From Candidatus Poribacteria bacterium (GTDB taxonomy: Bacteria > Poribacteria > WGA-4E > WGA-3G), in assembly GCA_964291315.2 (NCBI GenBank), contig OZ219753.1, positions 352,001-416,000 on the forward strand: a DNA stretch of 64,000 nt, in the 5' to 3' direction. The translations under genes were made by a program, and so were the position numbers. Below the pieces are notes generated by a model, which was given only the letters and a program-made list of their open reading frames with translations, made no database searches and had not been told where the DNA came from. Shown piece by piece: positions 41,151-51,546 of the stretch; position 1 is the stretch's first letter; every line of letters begins with the position of its first letter.

Positions 41151-41725
41151 ATGCCACACCACGAGAAATTGAATTCCGAACGGTGTTACGAAGGAAACCG
41201 CTTACTTTCTCTGCAACGTGGGGACTGTTTTCGCCAAAAAAAATTGACACCGGAACAGAGCTACTAGTTCAACACTTGGACATTCAAGATGACGATACTT
41301 GTCTTGACCTCGGATGCGGATATGGTGCCATCGGTATCAGTATCGCTAAATGCATGCGAACAGCAACGGTTTACATGGTGGACAAAGATTTTGTGGCGCT
41401 CGACTACGCCCGCAAAAATGTGGAACAGAATCAACTCACGAATTGCCATGTCCTCATGAGCAACGGATTTAGCCGTCTGCCAGAGATCCAATTCGATTTA
41501 ATTGTTTCCAATCTTCCGGCCAACGTCGGCAAAGAACTCCTGCAGATTTTTATGGCAGATGCAAAGCAGCATCTTAAACCAAATGGTCGCCTCTACGTTG
41601 TGACCATTTCCGGGTTGCGAGAATTTATTAAGCGTAATTTTCTGACTGTTTTCGGGAACTATCAAAAGGTTAAACAGCGCCATACGCATACAGTAGCGAT
41701 GGCGACCCGCACAATAGGCAATTAA
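41141..41725 (+). CDS. Class I SAM methyltransferase (MTS/RsmC-like)
   Basis: GLFSPKKIDTGT, LDLGCGYG, SNLP. Confidence 0.88.
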   Translation: MAVDATPREIEFRTVLRRKPLTFSATWGLFSPKKIDTGTELLVQHLDIQDDDTCLDLGCGYGAIGISIAKCMRTATVYMVDKDFVALDYARKNVEQNQLTNCHVLMSNGFSRLPEIQFDLIVSNLPANVGKELLQIFMADAKQHLKPNGRLYVVTISGLREFIKRNFLTVFGNYQKVKQRHTHTVAMATRTIGN

Positions 41726-41736
41726 ACTGGAAAAGG

Positions 41737-43665
41737 TCAGATAAAAATTTTGTAGGTCCGCAAACCAAACGCAGGACCAATGATTGCCCAGATGCTGCCA
41801 ATAACGTAATCGCCTAAGATCAATCCCAAAAAGAGTGGTGCGACTTGCCGGTGGAGTCTCAACCCGCCGTGTCGTAGAATCATTAGCTTTAAAAACCAGG
41901 CAACAAAAAAGGCAAACCAGAAGTAGTCCATCGCAAAACTGATGGCGAGGGCGTAACCTGCAGGATGGAAGGGCCACCAAAGAAAATTCATCCGCATATA
42001 CATCATTACGAGTGTCAGGAGGGCACCGATGCCCATAAAACCGATGCCGACGATGTTAGGTTCCGCTGGGTTATGTAGCCAGCGCTGAAGCCGACTGAAC
42101 GATTCTCTACCGACCCATCCCTTGAAGCCCCCGGCTTTTGCGACAGCCCCATTCCGGAAGGTGATGTCAAGATTCGCCCAAAAGGTCACTAAGATACCGA
42201 CAATAATTGCTATTAACATCGCCAGCCATAAACGTCTGTTGCCCATCTGTGTTGATTCTGCAAGTTTGAACGCCTCAATCTGATTCGGCATCGGATGATT
42301 GCGATAACCACGATTGAACCAGTAGAAAAGCGACATAATGGTGAGGCTACTTGTATCAAATTGCCGGGTTCCACCAACTGTCGCAAGCATGTCGTGTGGG
42401 TTAACGTAGTAAATTTCGTGCGGCGTGCCGAGTTCTGCTCGGACACGGGTAATTGCAAACGAAAGCAGGAAATAGACGCCAAAGAAGAGCCCGGCAGCCC
42501 ACAACGTCATTCCCGCAATAGAAGAGAAGATCCCGAGTGCAACGAGCGAACCGAGAATGCCTAAAAAGGCAGCGCGATACGACATCGGCTCGTCGGAATC
42601 ATCAATAGCAGATTTAAACCCTAGTATTTTTTTTAACACCTCGCGAAAATGCCGACGTGTGACCCAGATCGCTATCAGGAAAAGGGCAATCCATGCGCCG
42701 TACGCTTGTTCGTTGAGAGCCGGAAAATAACGTGTGCCGAGCGCTGCACCGATGACGAATTCGGCTAAACGGACAACAAAGAAAAACCAGCACGAAAATG
42801 AGAGATCTAAGGGCAGGAAAAACGCCAGACCGACTGCGAAAGGATAGATAGAAATTCGTGTGCCACGGATGACATTCCATGGACGCTCGGTGAAGATATT
42901 TTGGAATACAGCTGTCCGTTTGATATAAGGGATCTCTGGGAACTGGGGGAAGATATGGTGAATACCGTTAATGATACCGATCCCGAACGCGATGCTGAAT
43001 CCTAACCACATCATCTGGTTCTTAAGGAGGCGGATACCGCCGCTTTCGGAAAGCTGAAGTGGAAGTTGTATGATCGGGTACGCTAGCTTCTCTTGTTCCG
43101 CCCACTGCTTTCGGACGAGCGTGTTGATGCAAAGCATCAGGAACATCATAATGAGAAAAAAGAGACCCCAGAATGCCAACGGTTTTAACCAAACCGAAAA
43201 GTTATGTCTGGTATAAAAGGAAGCTTCGCCTTCGTAAAAGCCTTGAAGACTTTGGGTATCCGAGACAGTGAGCCAAGTCGGTAGATACCGGAAAAAAAGT
43301 GTTTGCCACTCGTTTTCTTCGGTCGCGAAGCGGAAAGCATGTGCGATACTACCAAACATATTCTGCATCGTATCGTGTCCAGCAAACGTGCAGGATATTG
43401 CAACCATGATATAGACAGTGAGCAGTTCTCCCTGCTGTAGCATCTGCCGTGGTGCGAAACGTTTCAGCAGGACATTGGCTAGCACACAGGTGAACATAAT
43501 GAAAACCGGCTGGATAAAGAGCGGTAAGCATGAACCGTCAAGTGAGTAGTACTTCACCTCAACAAGCGTCATCCAATAGACGTTGACTGGAATGAATAGG
43601 ACTCCAAGGAAAAGCGATCTACCTGTAACGCGCGTTGACGAAATTAGAGTTTCACGAGTTTGCAT
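41737..43665 (-). CDS. Large polytopic membrane protein (DUF6785/DUF6784, OPT-like putative transporter)
   Basis: Many TM helices; RKQWAEQEKLAYPI, RVRAELG, WWPFHPAGY, PLFLGLILGD. Confidence 0.75.
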   Translation of the reverse strand: MQTRETLISSTRVTGRSLFLGVLFIPVNVYWMTLVEVKYYSLDGSCLPLFIQPVFIMFTCVLANVLLKRFAPRQMLQQGELLTVYIMVAISCTFAGHDTMQNMFGSIAHAFRFATEENEWQTLFFRYLPTWLTVSDTQSLQGFYEGEASFYTRHNFSVWLKPLAFWGLFFLIMMFLMLCINTLVRKQWAEQEKLAYPIIQLPLQLSESGGIRLLKNQMMWLGFSIAFGIGIINGIHHIFPQFPEIPYIKRTAVFQNIFTERPWNVIRGTRISIYPFAVGLAFFLPLDLSFSCWFFFVVRLAEFVIGAALGTRYFPALNEQAYGAWIALFLIAIWVTRRHFREVLKKILGFKSAIDDSDEPMSYRAAFLGILGSLVALGIFSSIAGMTLWAAGLFFGVYFLLSFAITRVRAELGTPHEIYYVNPHDMLATVGGTRQFDTSSLTIMSLFYWFNRGYRNHPMPNQIEAFKLAESTQMGNRRLWLAMLIAIIVGILVTFWANLDITFRNGAVAKAGGFKGWVGRESFSRLQRWLHNPAEPNIVGIGFMGIGALLTLVMMYMRMNFLWWPFHPAGYALAISFAMDYFWFAFFVAWFLKLMILRHGGLRLHRQVAPLFLGLILGDYVIGSIWAIIGPAFGLRTYKIFI

Positions 43666-43696
43666 AGTTTATGAATCACCGGAATAGGAAGAGTTG

Positions 43697-45562
43697 CTAA
43701 CGGTAGGTTTTAACGATTTCTGAGATGACGTTGGCTCTATTTTTCCAATTCATACGAGCGGGTGGAATGAGATAGATCCCGTCAATGTGACGTTCATCTT
43801 GATTCCGGATGTCCCGAATTAGCTCCAGACACAGACGCATCCCCAGCCCGTGTGCGGTGGTATCACCGATGTCCCGGAACTTATCGACGATGAACTGCGG
43901 AATGTAGAGTCCCAAATTGTCACGCAAGTACGATGCTGTGCGGAAACTGGTAAGCGGCAATATCCCGTAGAGCATTTTTATACCGAGATGTTCCGTTGCC
44001 TGCTGGGTACGGACGATATCCTCATAGGTCCAGACAGGTTGTGTATAGGCAAACTTTGCCCCCTGTGCAACCTTATTTGTGAGATGTTTGACGTGGGGTT
44101 GAAGGTTCTCAGTAATCGTGAAACCGCCTCCGTAGTAGAATCCACAAGGTTCACCGATTGAGGAGCCGTTAGCGAGTTCGCCTTGGTTCAACCGAGCGAT
44201 GAGTTTCATCAATTGAACAGCACCGCGGACATCTGGCACGAGACTAGCAGTCTCATACGGACCGGCTTTGGGATGGTCACCAGATAGCGCCACAATGCCT
44301 CGGATGCCTAGTGCTTCTGCCTCAAGTAGATGTGATTGCATACTGATGAGATTCCGTGAACGAGTTGTCCAATGGATCAGGGTTGGAATCTGAGTGGCTT
44401 GCTGAAGTCGATATGCTGTGCCGACAGCGCCAATATTGACCGCTGCCCCAGAATTATCGGTCACATCAAACAGATCAACGCCGGTGGCTGCAAGGTTTTT
44501 GGCTTCCCTTAACAACGCTCGAAATTGCGGAAATGTATTCGCGCGCATCTCTACACTTATGATGCGCTTTTGTCTCTCAAACACCTGCTGTACAGGATTA
44601 CCGGCTCGGGTCTTAGACGCAGATTTAATCTTAGGGAGAACGAAGATACGTTGTTCGCGTTCGACGGGCGGGTGTCCTGTGATAACCTGCCGAATCTTCG
44701 CTGTGTACGCTGGCGTTGTGCCGCAGCAACCGCCTATCATGTTGGAGCCGAGTTCAACTAATTTTCCGACGTAGTCACCGAAGACTTCATCTTCAACTGT
44801 ATAAGAGAGCGCAATTTCGCCTTGTTCTATTCTTGGATTACCCGCGTTAGGCTGCACTACGATGGGGGTACTGATTACAGGAGCAAGGAGTGTCATCGCC
44901 TCAACGAGATCGTGTGGCCCTCGGCAATTGAGACCGATGGCGTGGGCACCGATTTGTTCTAGTTCTTGCGCGAAGACGCGGACATCCAGCCCCGCGCCTA
45001 CAGTGCCTCCTGAAACGCCACCGATTTCAACGAGGACAGGGACACCGTAAGTGAGCGCTTGCTTAGTGGCAATTTCCGCTTGTTTAGAAGAGACAAACGT
45101 CTCAAGAACGAGGAGATCAACGCCTGCCTCGACGAGCGCGTCCATCTGCTCCTTGAAAAGTCTACGGGTTAATTTTGTGGAGGGTAAGGAAGCATCTAAA
45201 GTTTGGAACGGGATCTGTCCGACAGACCCCGCTACGTAGCATGTCTCTGGCACAGCACTACGCGCGAGGATGACCCCTGTTTTGTTAATTTCTGTGACCT
45301 GATCCGGTAAGCCGTGAACGGCTAAAGCTTCCCTATTCGCTTGATAGGTATTCGTCTGGACAACATCCGCGCCTGCATCGGCATAGGCGCGGTGAACTGC
45401 TGCTACCTTTTCGGCATGCTCCGTAGAGATATTACAAGCATCAACAGATTGCAAATGCAACGGAATCTGTTTACGGAGCTCGGTTCCGATGGCCCCATCA
45501 CACACCAGAAGTCGATCTGTTAAGGCCGCTATGAAGTTATCTTTTTTTGAAGAAGTCGCCAT
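43697..45562 (-). CDS. Bifunctional homocysteine S-methyltransferase / methylenetetrahydrofolate reductase (YitJ-like)
   Basis: DGAIGT, QTNTY, GLNC, PNAG, GGCCGTTP, then MTHFR-like GD..., TQP and GIY motifs. Confidence 0.9.
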   Translation of the reverse strand: MATSSKKDNFIAALTDRLLVCDGAIGTELRKQIPLHLQSVDACNISTEHAEKVAAVHRAYADAGADVVQTNTYQANREALAVHGLPDQVTEINKTGVILARSAVPETCYVAGSVGQIPFQTLDASLPSTKLTRRLFKEQMDALVEAGVDLLVLETFVSSKQAEIATKQALTYGVPVLVEIGGVSGGTVGAGLDVRVFAQELEQIGAHAIGLNCRGPHDLVEAMTLLAPVISTPIVVQPNAGNPRIEQGEIALSYTVEDEVFGDYVGKLVELGSNMIGGCCGTTPAYTAKIRQVITGHPPVEREQRIFVLPKIKSASKTRAGNPVQQVFERQKRIISVEMRANTFPQFRALLREAKNLAATGVDLFDVTDNSGAAVNIGAVGTAYRLQQATQIPTLIHWTTRSRNLISMQSHLLEAEALGIRGIVALSGDHPKAGPYETASLVPDVRGAVQLMKLIARLNQGELANGSSIGEPCGFYYGGGFTITENLQPHVKHLTNKVAQGAKFAYTQPVWTYEDIVRTQQATEHLGIKMLYGILPLTSFRTASYLRDNLGLYIPQFIVDKFRDIGDTTAHGLGMRLCLELIRDIRNQDERHIDGIYLIPPARMNWKNRANVISEIVKTYR

Positions 45563-45615
45563 ATAAGAGGAAGCGCGCCTATAGAGCGCGCTTCTTCCTG
45601 CTTGCACGCTCGGTG

Positions 45616-47232
45616 TTATTTAATGATGTCTCCGGCACTCTCAGTTGGGATATAATAATAACCGTAGAGGATACACATCTCATCTTCAGACGTCAGACCG
45701 AAGACAAGCGGCTCATCGGTATCGTAGTTGTTGTGTGTGCATTGGAACTTAAGGGCATCGTCCGGATCTAACCGCAGCACCGGCTCAAACAGAGTGATCG
45801 GGGCATCGTCGTAAGCGACACTCCTATGTAGCAAATCCCCTGAAGACCGCTGGAAAATCTCAAACAACTCGCCGTGTCTGTGCATGTGCGAAGTCAATAA
45901 GAACACATTCAATTCAGTATCAGATTCGTGTCCTCTCCGTTCCAGCTCATCTTCAACGTACCAGGTCATCTTGGCAAGGCGCGTCGTACCGGGCGGCACG
46001 TTAATCGCTCTGTTAGAGACGAAAATTTCAACTGCTTCGTATTGGACCTCTTCCTCCGGAATAGTGTAGATATTGACGTACGTTTCGCCTGTCAGCGTCT
46101 CATCCCCCAGCAAATTAATGTAGTGCGAGTTGAGGTCGTAGACAGTGTTGCCGGGCATCCGCAAACCTACACCTTCAGGAAATTCAAAGAGGGTATCGTC
46201 TGTTTGGGTTCCAACGACGAAAAGTCGATCAACGCCGAAATTCCCAAGCACTTGTGGGTTTTCTGGATCAAGCTCACGGAAAGCATGTGTTGGATCGACC
46301 CCGATTCCGGGGGTAATGCCTCTTTCCATTACACCGTTTGCTAAGCCTTCTTCAGTCAGCCGGTATATGATGAAGTGATGGCTGCCGGCCGGGTAGAAGA
46401 TCTCGACTTTATTAATAAAGACATCTTCCGTTACGGGATCGCCATTTTCGTCAGTGATCTGGGTGGCATAGTAGATTTCGCGTTCTGTTCCGGGTTCAAT
46501 CTTAAAGGGCGGTAGCCGGAGTTGATATCCTTCACCGGGAGCGGGGGGTGCAGGCGGTTCAAAGACTTCGTCGGGATCGCGTAAAACGCCGAGGTCTCCA
46601 ATACCTGCTATTTTGCCGGCTTGTGGTGCGCCGGCCTGGATCCATGTCTGAACTGCCTCTATTTTTCCATTATGGAGTATTCCCCCGCCAAACGGCATGC
46701 GTGCGCCCTGTTCGGGGGCGCTAGGGCCGATCAGTTTCGTCAAGAGAAAGCTGTTTTCTGGATTACCCGGGTCTACGAGCTTCATACCGGCCGCAGCTGC
46801 AGCGGGATTCTGTGGGGCTCGGCCGACTAAATCTTCATAAGAGAGCCCATAGGTAAGGTTCAAGCTGCCTGCGTTTGCAGGTGCAGCATGACAGGCGCTG
46901 TTTGCACAACTCTTATCGAACACATATTCCTGAATGTCGTGATAGGCGGAATTTTCATCTGGTACGGTTTGCCCGAAACTGTTGCTGACTCGGACGAGGT
47001 CGAGCACGTTAACGATCCCGTCGCGATTGACATCAGGGTCCTGCGCCGCATCTCGATCTCGCGGTTTCCCGAAGGAAGCAGCGACAAGCACAAGGTCTTG
47101 GATATTTACGACACCGTCTTTGTTGACATCTTCTAGAAGCGTAGGGAGATCACTGTGTCCAAATGCAGAAAAGGATAGTGCACCTACGAATAAAAGCGTG
47201 AGACTAGAATAGACTATTTTTTTATAGATCAT
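45616..47232 (-). CDS. Secreted dockerin-like + cytochrome-c-like + copper type II (PHM/DBH-like) monooxygenase
   Basis: Signal peptide; DVNKDGVVNIQDL duplicated; CANSACH...MP...WIQAGA; SHH, SHY, SHMH and DEMC. Confidence 0.78.
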   Translation of the reverse strand: MIYKKIVYSSLTLLFVGALSFSAFGHSDLPTLLEDVNKDGVVNIQDLVLVAASFGKPRDRDAAQDPDVNRDGIVNVLDLVRVSNSFGQTVPDENSAYHDIQEYVFDKSCANSACHAAPANAGSLNLTYGLSYEDLVGRAPQNPAAAAAGMKLVDPGNPENSFLLTKLIGPSAPEQGARMPFGGGILHNGKIEAVQTWIQAGAPQAGKIAGIGDLGVLRDPDEVFEPPAPPAPGEGYQLRLPPFKIEPGTEREIYYATQITDENGDPVTEDVFINKVEIFYPAGSHHFIIYRLTEEGLANGVMERGITPGIGVDPTHAFRELDPENPQVLGNFGVDRLFVVGTQTDDTLFEFPEGVGLRMPGNTVYDLNSHYINLLGDETLTGETYVNIYTIPEEEVQYEAVEIFVSNRAINVPPGTTRLAKMTWYVEDELERRGHESDTELNVFLLTSHMHRHGELFEIFQRSSGDLLHRSVAYDDAPITLFEPVLRLDPDDALKFQCTHNNYDTDEPLVFGLTSEDEMCILYGYYYIPTESAGDIIK

Positions 47233-47269
47233 GAGAAATCAACCTCCTGCCTGTTCCATATTTGCACAA

Positions 47270-47986
47270 TTAATTTTGTGCTGTGTTTTTGAAAAGTTTG
47301 GTTTTTCGAGTACATCGATATTTTAAGAGCGTCCATGCGGCAAAGAGTCCATCTGACCAGAATCGAAGTTTTTTGCCTTCCTTTTTGGTGCGCGGGAAAT
47401 AAGAGACCGGCACCTCGTGGATCTGATAGCCTGCGCGTAAAATCTTCGCTGTAACCTCTGGACAGAATTCAAACCCTTTGCACGTTAAATTCAAACGTTT
47501 TAACAATTCGGTTGAAAAGACTTTATAGCCTGTAGACTCATCGGTGATCCGGCACCCATAGAGGAGATTCGTGTAAGCTGCCAGAATACAGTTAGCGATG
47601 AAGTTGTGAAGACTGGCGTTTCCGCGACCGTTGAGAAACCTTGAGCCGTAGACAACTTGAACGTCCTCTTTCTCAAAGGATTGCAAGAGTCCGGAGAGAT
47701 CGGCTGGGGATAACTCCATGTCGGCATCTTGAATAACTACAATGTCCCCTTCGACATGTCGGAGCCCCTTGCGGATAGCAGATCCTTTACCGCCGTTTTC
47801 TTTGCAGTGTACAACGGTTAGCCGATAAATCTCACGGAGCTGTTCAAGTGTGTTGTATGTTCCATCAGTGGAACCGTCGTTGACGACAACGATCTGTTTT
47901 TTGATCGGCAGCTGGTGCAACGCTTCAAGAACTTGCCCGATCGTCTGCTCTTCGTTAAACGCAGGAATGATTACAGATACGCACAT
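47270..47986 (-). CDS. Glycosyltransferase family 2 (DPM1-like)
   Basis: IIPAFNEE, VNDGSTDGT, QDAD, YGSRF. Confidence 0.92.
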   Translation of the reverse strand: MCVSVIIPAFNEEQTIGQVLEALHQLPIKKQIVVVNDGSTDGTYNTLEQLREIYRLTVVHCKENGGKGSAIRKGLRHVEGDIVVIQDADMELSPADLSGLLQSFEKEDVQVVYGSRFLNGRGNASLHNFIANCILAAYTNLLYGCRITDESTGYKVFSTELLKRLNLTCKGFEFCPEVTAKILRAGYQIHEVPVSYFPRTKKEGKKLRFWSDGLFAAWTLLKYRCTRKTKLFKNTAQN

Positions 47987-48013
47987 CGTTTATCCTGCCT
48001 CCGTCTGAGCGCG

Positions 48014-48805
48014 TTAGAGCAGTGATTTCACCATGCCGCCGTCTACCTGAATCGTTGTTCCTGTTATGTAGCTTGCCCGTTCGGATGCAAGAAATACGAC
48101 TAAACTTGCAAATTCAGCGGGATCCCCGATTCGACCGAGTGGGATGTCTGCTGTCATTCTTTCGAGTGCCTCGTCAATCGTGATACCGGCCTCCTCTGCC
48201 CTTACCGTTGCCAGCTGCTGGATACGATCAGTGAAAATAATACCAGGGCAGACGTTGTTGACAAGAATGTTATCCGGTGCTAGCTCGGTTGCGAGGGTTT
48301 TCGCAAAGCCGATCACCGCTGTGCGCGCCATGTTGGACAACATGAGATTATCGACGGGCTGCTTAACGGACACAGATGTCAGGTTGATGATTCTTCCACC
48401 GCCGCGCCCTTGCATTACCGGGACAACAGCTCGACAGAGGTTGACCGTGCTCATGAGGTTTAGGTTGACAGCGTTTTGGTAATCTTGCGCATTGAGATCG
48501 TCAAAACGCCCAGCTCTGGGGCCCCCGGCGTTATTGACTAAGATATCAATGCCCCCGAAGTGTTGAAGAGCCGTGCTCATGAGGTTTTGAACCTGATCAG
48601 GTTGGCTAACATCGGTCGGGACTGCTAACACTTCAGAACCTGTCTGGCTACGGATGTCGTCTGCCGTTGCCGCTAGGCCGTCTCTATTTCTGGCACAGAT
48701 TGTGACCTTCGCCCCCTCCTGTGCTAACGCCAGAGCAATAGCGCGGCCAAGCCCTTTACTGGAAGCACCTACGACTGCTACTTTATCCGTGAGTCCAAGA
48801 TTCAT
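48014..48805 (-). CDS. SDR family oxidoreductase
   Basis: GASSKGLG, LVNNAGG, SNMAR, YITG...VDGG. Confidence 0.92.
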   Translation of the reverse strand: MNLGLTDKVAVVGASSKGLGRAIALALAQEGAKVTICARNRDGLAATADDIRSQTGSEVLAVPTDVSQPDQVQNLMSTALQHFGGIDILVNNAGGPRAGRFDDLNAQDYQNAVNLNLMSTVNLCRAVVPVMQGRGGGRIINLTSVSVKQPVDNLMLSNMARTAVIGFAKTLATELAPDNILVNNVCPGIIFTDRIQQLATVRAEEAGITIDEALERMTADIPLGRIGDPAEFASLVVFLASERASYITGTTIQVDGGMVKSLL

Positions 48806-48882
48806 ACGTTATTTTCTATGGGCTTGCAAGCAACGCCCTATATCCTTTCAAAATCGGAATTCACTTTACACCCCTTAATTGC

Positions 48883-48988
48883 TAACGTGAGCTTGATAAT
48901 TATTGGGTTCATCTTTGGATGAAGAGAACCCTCACAGAGGCTGACAGGTTCTGCTACAAGCTCTGAATCTTTTTTCAAGCTCCCGTTA
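48883..48988 (-). mobile_element. MITE-like element copy A (TIR-bounded, GTAG hairpin core)
   Basis: Ends TAACGTGAGCTTGATAA...TTTTCAAGCTCCCGTTA; the reverse complement matches copies at 55623 and 57807. Confidence 0.75.
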
Positions 48989-49067
48989 ATTACTTAAGGT
49001 CAAATATGCTATTAAGTATAACACCTTTCCACGGGTTCTGTCAAGGTTAATCTAGGAGCATAATGGG

Positions 49068-50141
49068 TTAACTGTTGTAGCGAACGTTGTCTTCCGCCTC
49101 AATGATCTCCGCGCCGATAGAGGTGCCGAGCTTGGTTGCCCAATCTTGAAGTTGACTGTAGATAGTGTCCGGTATCTCAATACCATCTACCAACCGTTGC
49201 GTTCGAAATCGATATTCAAAATCACCGGGAACTAAGACTTCATCAAAACCGGGGGCGGGTGGCGTAGATTTAATGCTGTCTAAGAAGGCGCGGACCCCCT
49301 TCTGGTATTCATTGACTGGTGTGAAGGCGTTGACATCAACCACTTGCATAAAGATGCCGTTCATTGTACCGTGCTCCACGTCAAACGTTCCGCCTAAACC
49401 GCCGAGGAGGCATGTAAACATAGCGAGTGCGTAGCCTTTATGTTTTCCGAATGCGAGGAGTGCTCCGCCATCGTAGAAGTCGGCGGGCTTGACGCTCGGA
49501 TTGCCGTCTTTATCAAGGATACACCCTTCAGGTAAGTTGGCACCTTTGCTTCGGGCGACCTGAATTTTCCCCTCGGCTACCATACTTGTGGCGTAATCAA
49601 CAATAAACGGACTGGCATCCCCGGTCGGTACACCGAAAGCGATCGGATTGGTACCGAAGGCACCTTCTGCGCCGCCAAAAGGCACGGTCGGGCCTCTGCC
49701 TCTGCCACCGTTACCCACAGTGATCAGCGAGATACATCCAGCTCTCGCCGCCTCTTCGGCATATTCCCCCAGACGTCCGATATGCCCGGTGTTGCGGATA
49801 CTGACAGCGCAGGAGGCACCGGTTTTTGCCTTTTCAACTGCTTTTTTGATAGACCAGCGGGAGGTGTAGTGCCCGAAGCTGCCTTGTCCATCAACGCTTG
49901 CGGTATTCGCGGTCTCTGCAAGCAGTTTAGGTTCCGCTTTGGGTCTTAAGAATCCGCCTTCAATACCGCGTAAATAGGCGGGTATACGTAGGACTCCGTG
50001 GGAATCGTGTCCAGCGAGATTGGCATTAACGAGGATTTCTGAAACATCCTCGGCGATGTGTTGCGCCACGCCAGCAGCGACCAATATGTTCCGTGAGATC
50101 GCGTGTAGATGTGGGGCATGAAGTAGATGTGTCTTTTCCAT
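49068..50141 (-). CDS. Ldh_2 (malate/L-lactate dehydrogenase-like) oxidoreductase
   Basis: GHDSHG, HIGRLG, GTNPIA, HKGY, VLVPG. Confidence 0.9.
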   Translation of the reverse strand: MEKTHLLHAPHLHAISRNILVAAGVAQHIAEDVSEILVNANLAGHDSHGVLRIPAYLRGIEGGFLRPKAEPKLLAETANTASVDGQGSFGHYTSRWSIKKAVEKAKTGASCAVSIRNTGHIGRLGEYAEEAARAGCISLITVGNGGRGRGPTVPFGGAEGAFGTNPIAFGVPTGDASPFIVDYATSMVAEGKIQVARSKGANLPEGCILDKDGNPSVKPADFYDGGALLAFGKHKGYALAMFTCLLGGLGGTFDVEHGTMNGIFMQVVDVNAFTPVNEYQKGVRAFLDSIKSTPPAPGFDEVLVPGDFEYRFRTQRLVDGIEIPDTIYSQLQDWATKLGTSIGAEIIEAEDNVRYNS

Positions 50142-50355
50142 ATATTTTGGTCCTTTAGACAACGTAGAGTGCGTGAAAGGTATCGGTAATACTCAAAAAC
50201 TATACCCTTATTTTATCTTTGCTGTTTTTTTTGTCAACAACAAACAGAACCAGTAGCATGCGTATTCAGATCTCAATTAGGTCGGTAAGAAAACGTTAAG
50301 GGGCCGGTATTCGTTGTCTGTAGAGGGCGCTCGGAGGGTTGCGCGGGGGGAGCGT

Positions 50356-51516
50356 TTATCTCCTATACAGCGCGCGCATCTGTTGGATGACTTTGGGTAA
50401 CTTGGCAATAACTGCATCAATTTCAGCCTCGGTTGTGTTTCTGCCGAGGGAGAAACGGACAGTGCCTTGCGCCAACCTCGGGGGTAAGCCGAGCGCAGCA
50501 AGGACATGTGAGGGTTCCATAGAGCCAGAGGTACACGCGGAACCGGTCGAGACACAGATGCCTTCCATGTCCAAACGTAAGATGAGGCTCTCGCCCTCCA
50601 CCGACTCAAACGAAACGTTAAGCGTGCCGGGCGCGCAGTGGACCGGATGTCCATTATAATGGAGCCTGCCGATGTGCTCATTTAAACCGGCACGTAGACG
50701 CTGCGTTAAGCCACTCAGGTGTTGGGCATAAGAGCCCCGTTCCTGTTTGGCAAGATCAGCAGCTGTTCCGAGTCCAACAATAGCCGGAACGTTCTCGGAT
50801 CCGGCGCGTCGATTGCGTTCATGCGAGCCTCCATGGACGAGGTTGGCAAGCCGGGTGCCGCGGCGGATATAGAGAACACCGATACCCTTAGGGGCGTAAA
50901 TTTTGTGCCCGGAGAATGCAAGCAGGTTCACGCCCAGCTCTTGAACGTTCATGGCCAATTTGCCGACCGATTGCACGGCATCCGTGTGGAGCGGGATATC
51001 GCGTTCTTGCGCGATTGCGCATATCTCTTCAAGCGGTTGGATCGTGCCGTTTTCGTTGTTGACATGCATGATGGAAATCAAGGTTGTGCTATCCCGGATC
51101 GCTTCACGAAGCTGCTCGGTGCTGATCCGTCCGTATCTATCTACAGGAAGGTAGGTGACCTCGAAACCGTGTCCCTCCAGATATTGACATGTGTGCAACA
51201 CTGCATGATGCTCGACAGCCGAGGTAATGATGTGATTCCCTTTTCCGCGACTCTTTTGTAGCTCGGTTAAACCTTTGATGGCATGGTTATCTGCCTCTGT
51301 GCCGCTACCGGTGAAGACGATCTCGCTTGGACTCTTGGCACCGATGAGCTCGGCGACCTGCTCGCGCGCAGTGTCAACAGCAGTGCGGGCCTCGCGTCCA
51401 TAGGCGTGAATGCTGGATCCGTTGCCGAACGCCTCAGTGAGATATGGCATCATGGCATCCCGAACTTCAGGGCGGAGCGGTGTCGTAGCATTGTAATCTA
51501 GATAGATACGTTTCAT
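50356..51516 (-). CDS. iscS: Cysteine desulfurase (NifS/IscS)
   Basis: YLDYNATTP, HTDAVQ, SGHKIYAPKG, STGSACTSG. Confidence 0.95.
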   Translation of the reverse strand: MKRIYLDYNATTPLRPEVRDAMMPYLTEAFGNGSSIHAYGREARTAVDTAREQVAELIGAKSPSEIVFTGSGTEADNHAIKGLTELQKSRGKGNHIITSAVEHHAVLHTCQYLEGHGFEVTYLPVDRYGRISTEQLREAIRDSTTLISIMHVNNENGTIQPLEEICAIAQERDIPLHTDAVQSVGKLAMNVQELGVNLLAFSGHKIYAPKGIGVLYIRRGTRLANLVHGGSHERNRRAGSENVPAIVGLGTAADLAKQERGSYAQHLSGLTQRLRAGLNEHIGRLHYNGHPVHCAPGTLNVSFESVEGESLILRLDMEGICVSTGSACTSGSMEPSHVLAALGLPPRLAQGTVRFSLGRNTTEAEIDAVIAKLPKVIQQMRALYRR

Positions 51517-51546
51517 GTTTCTGTTTACGGAGCGATCTGGCACAGA

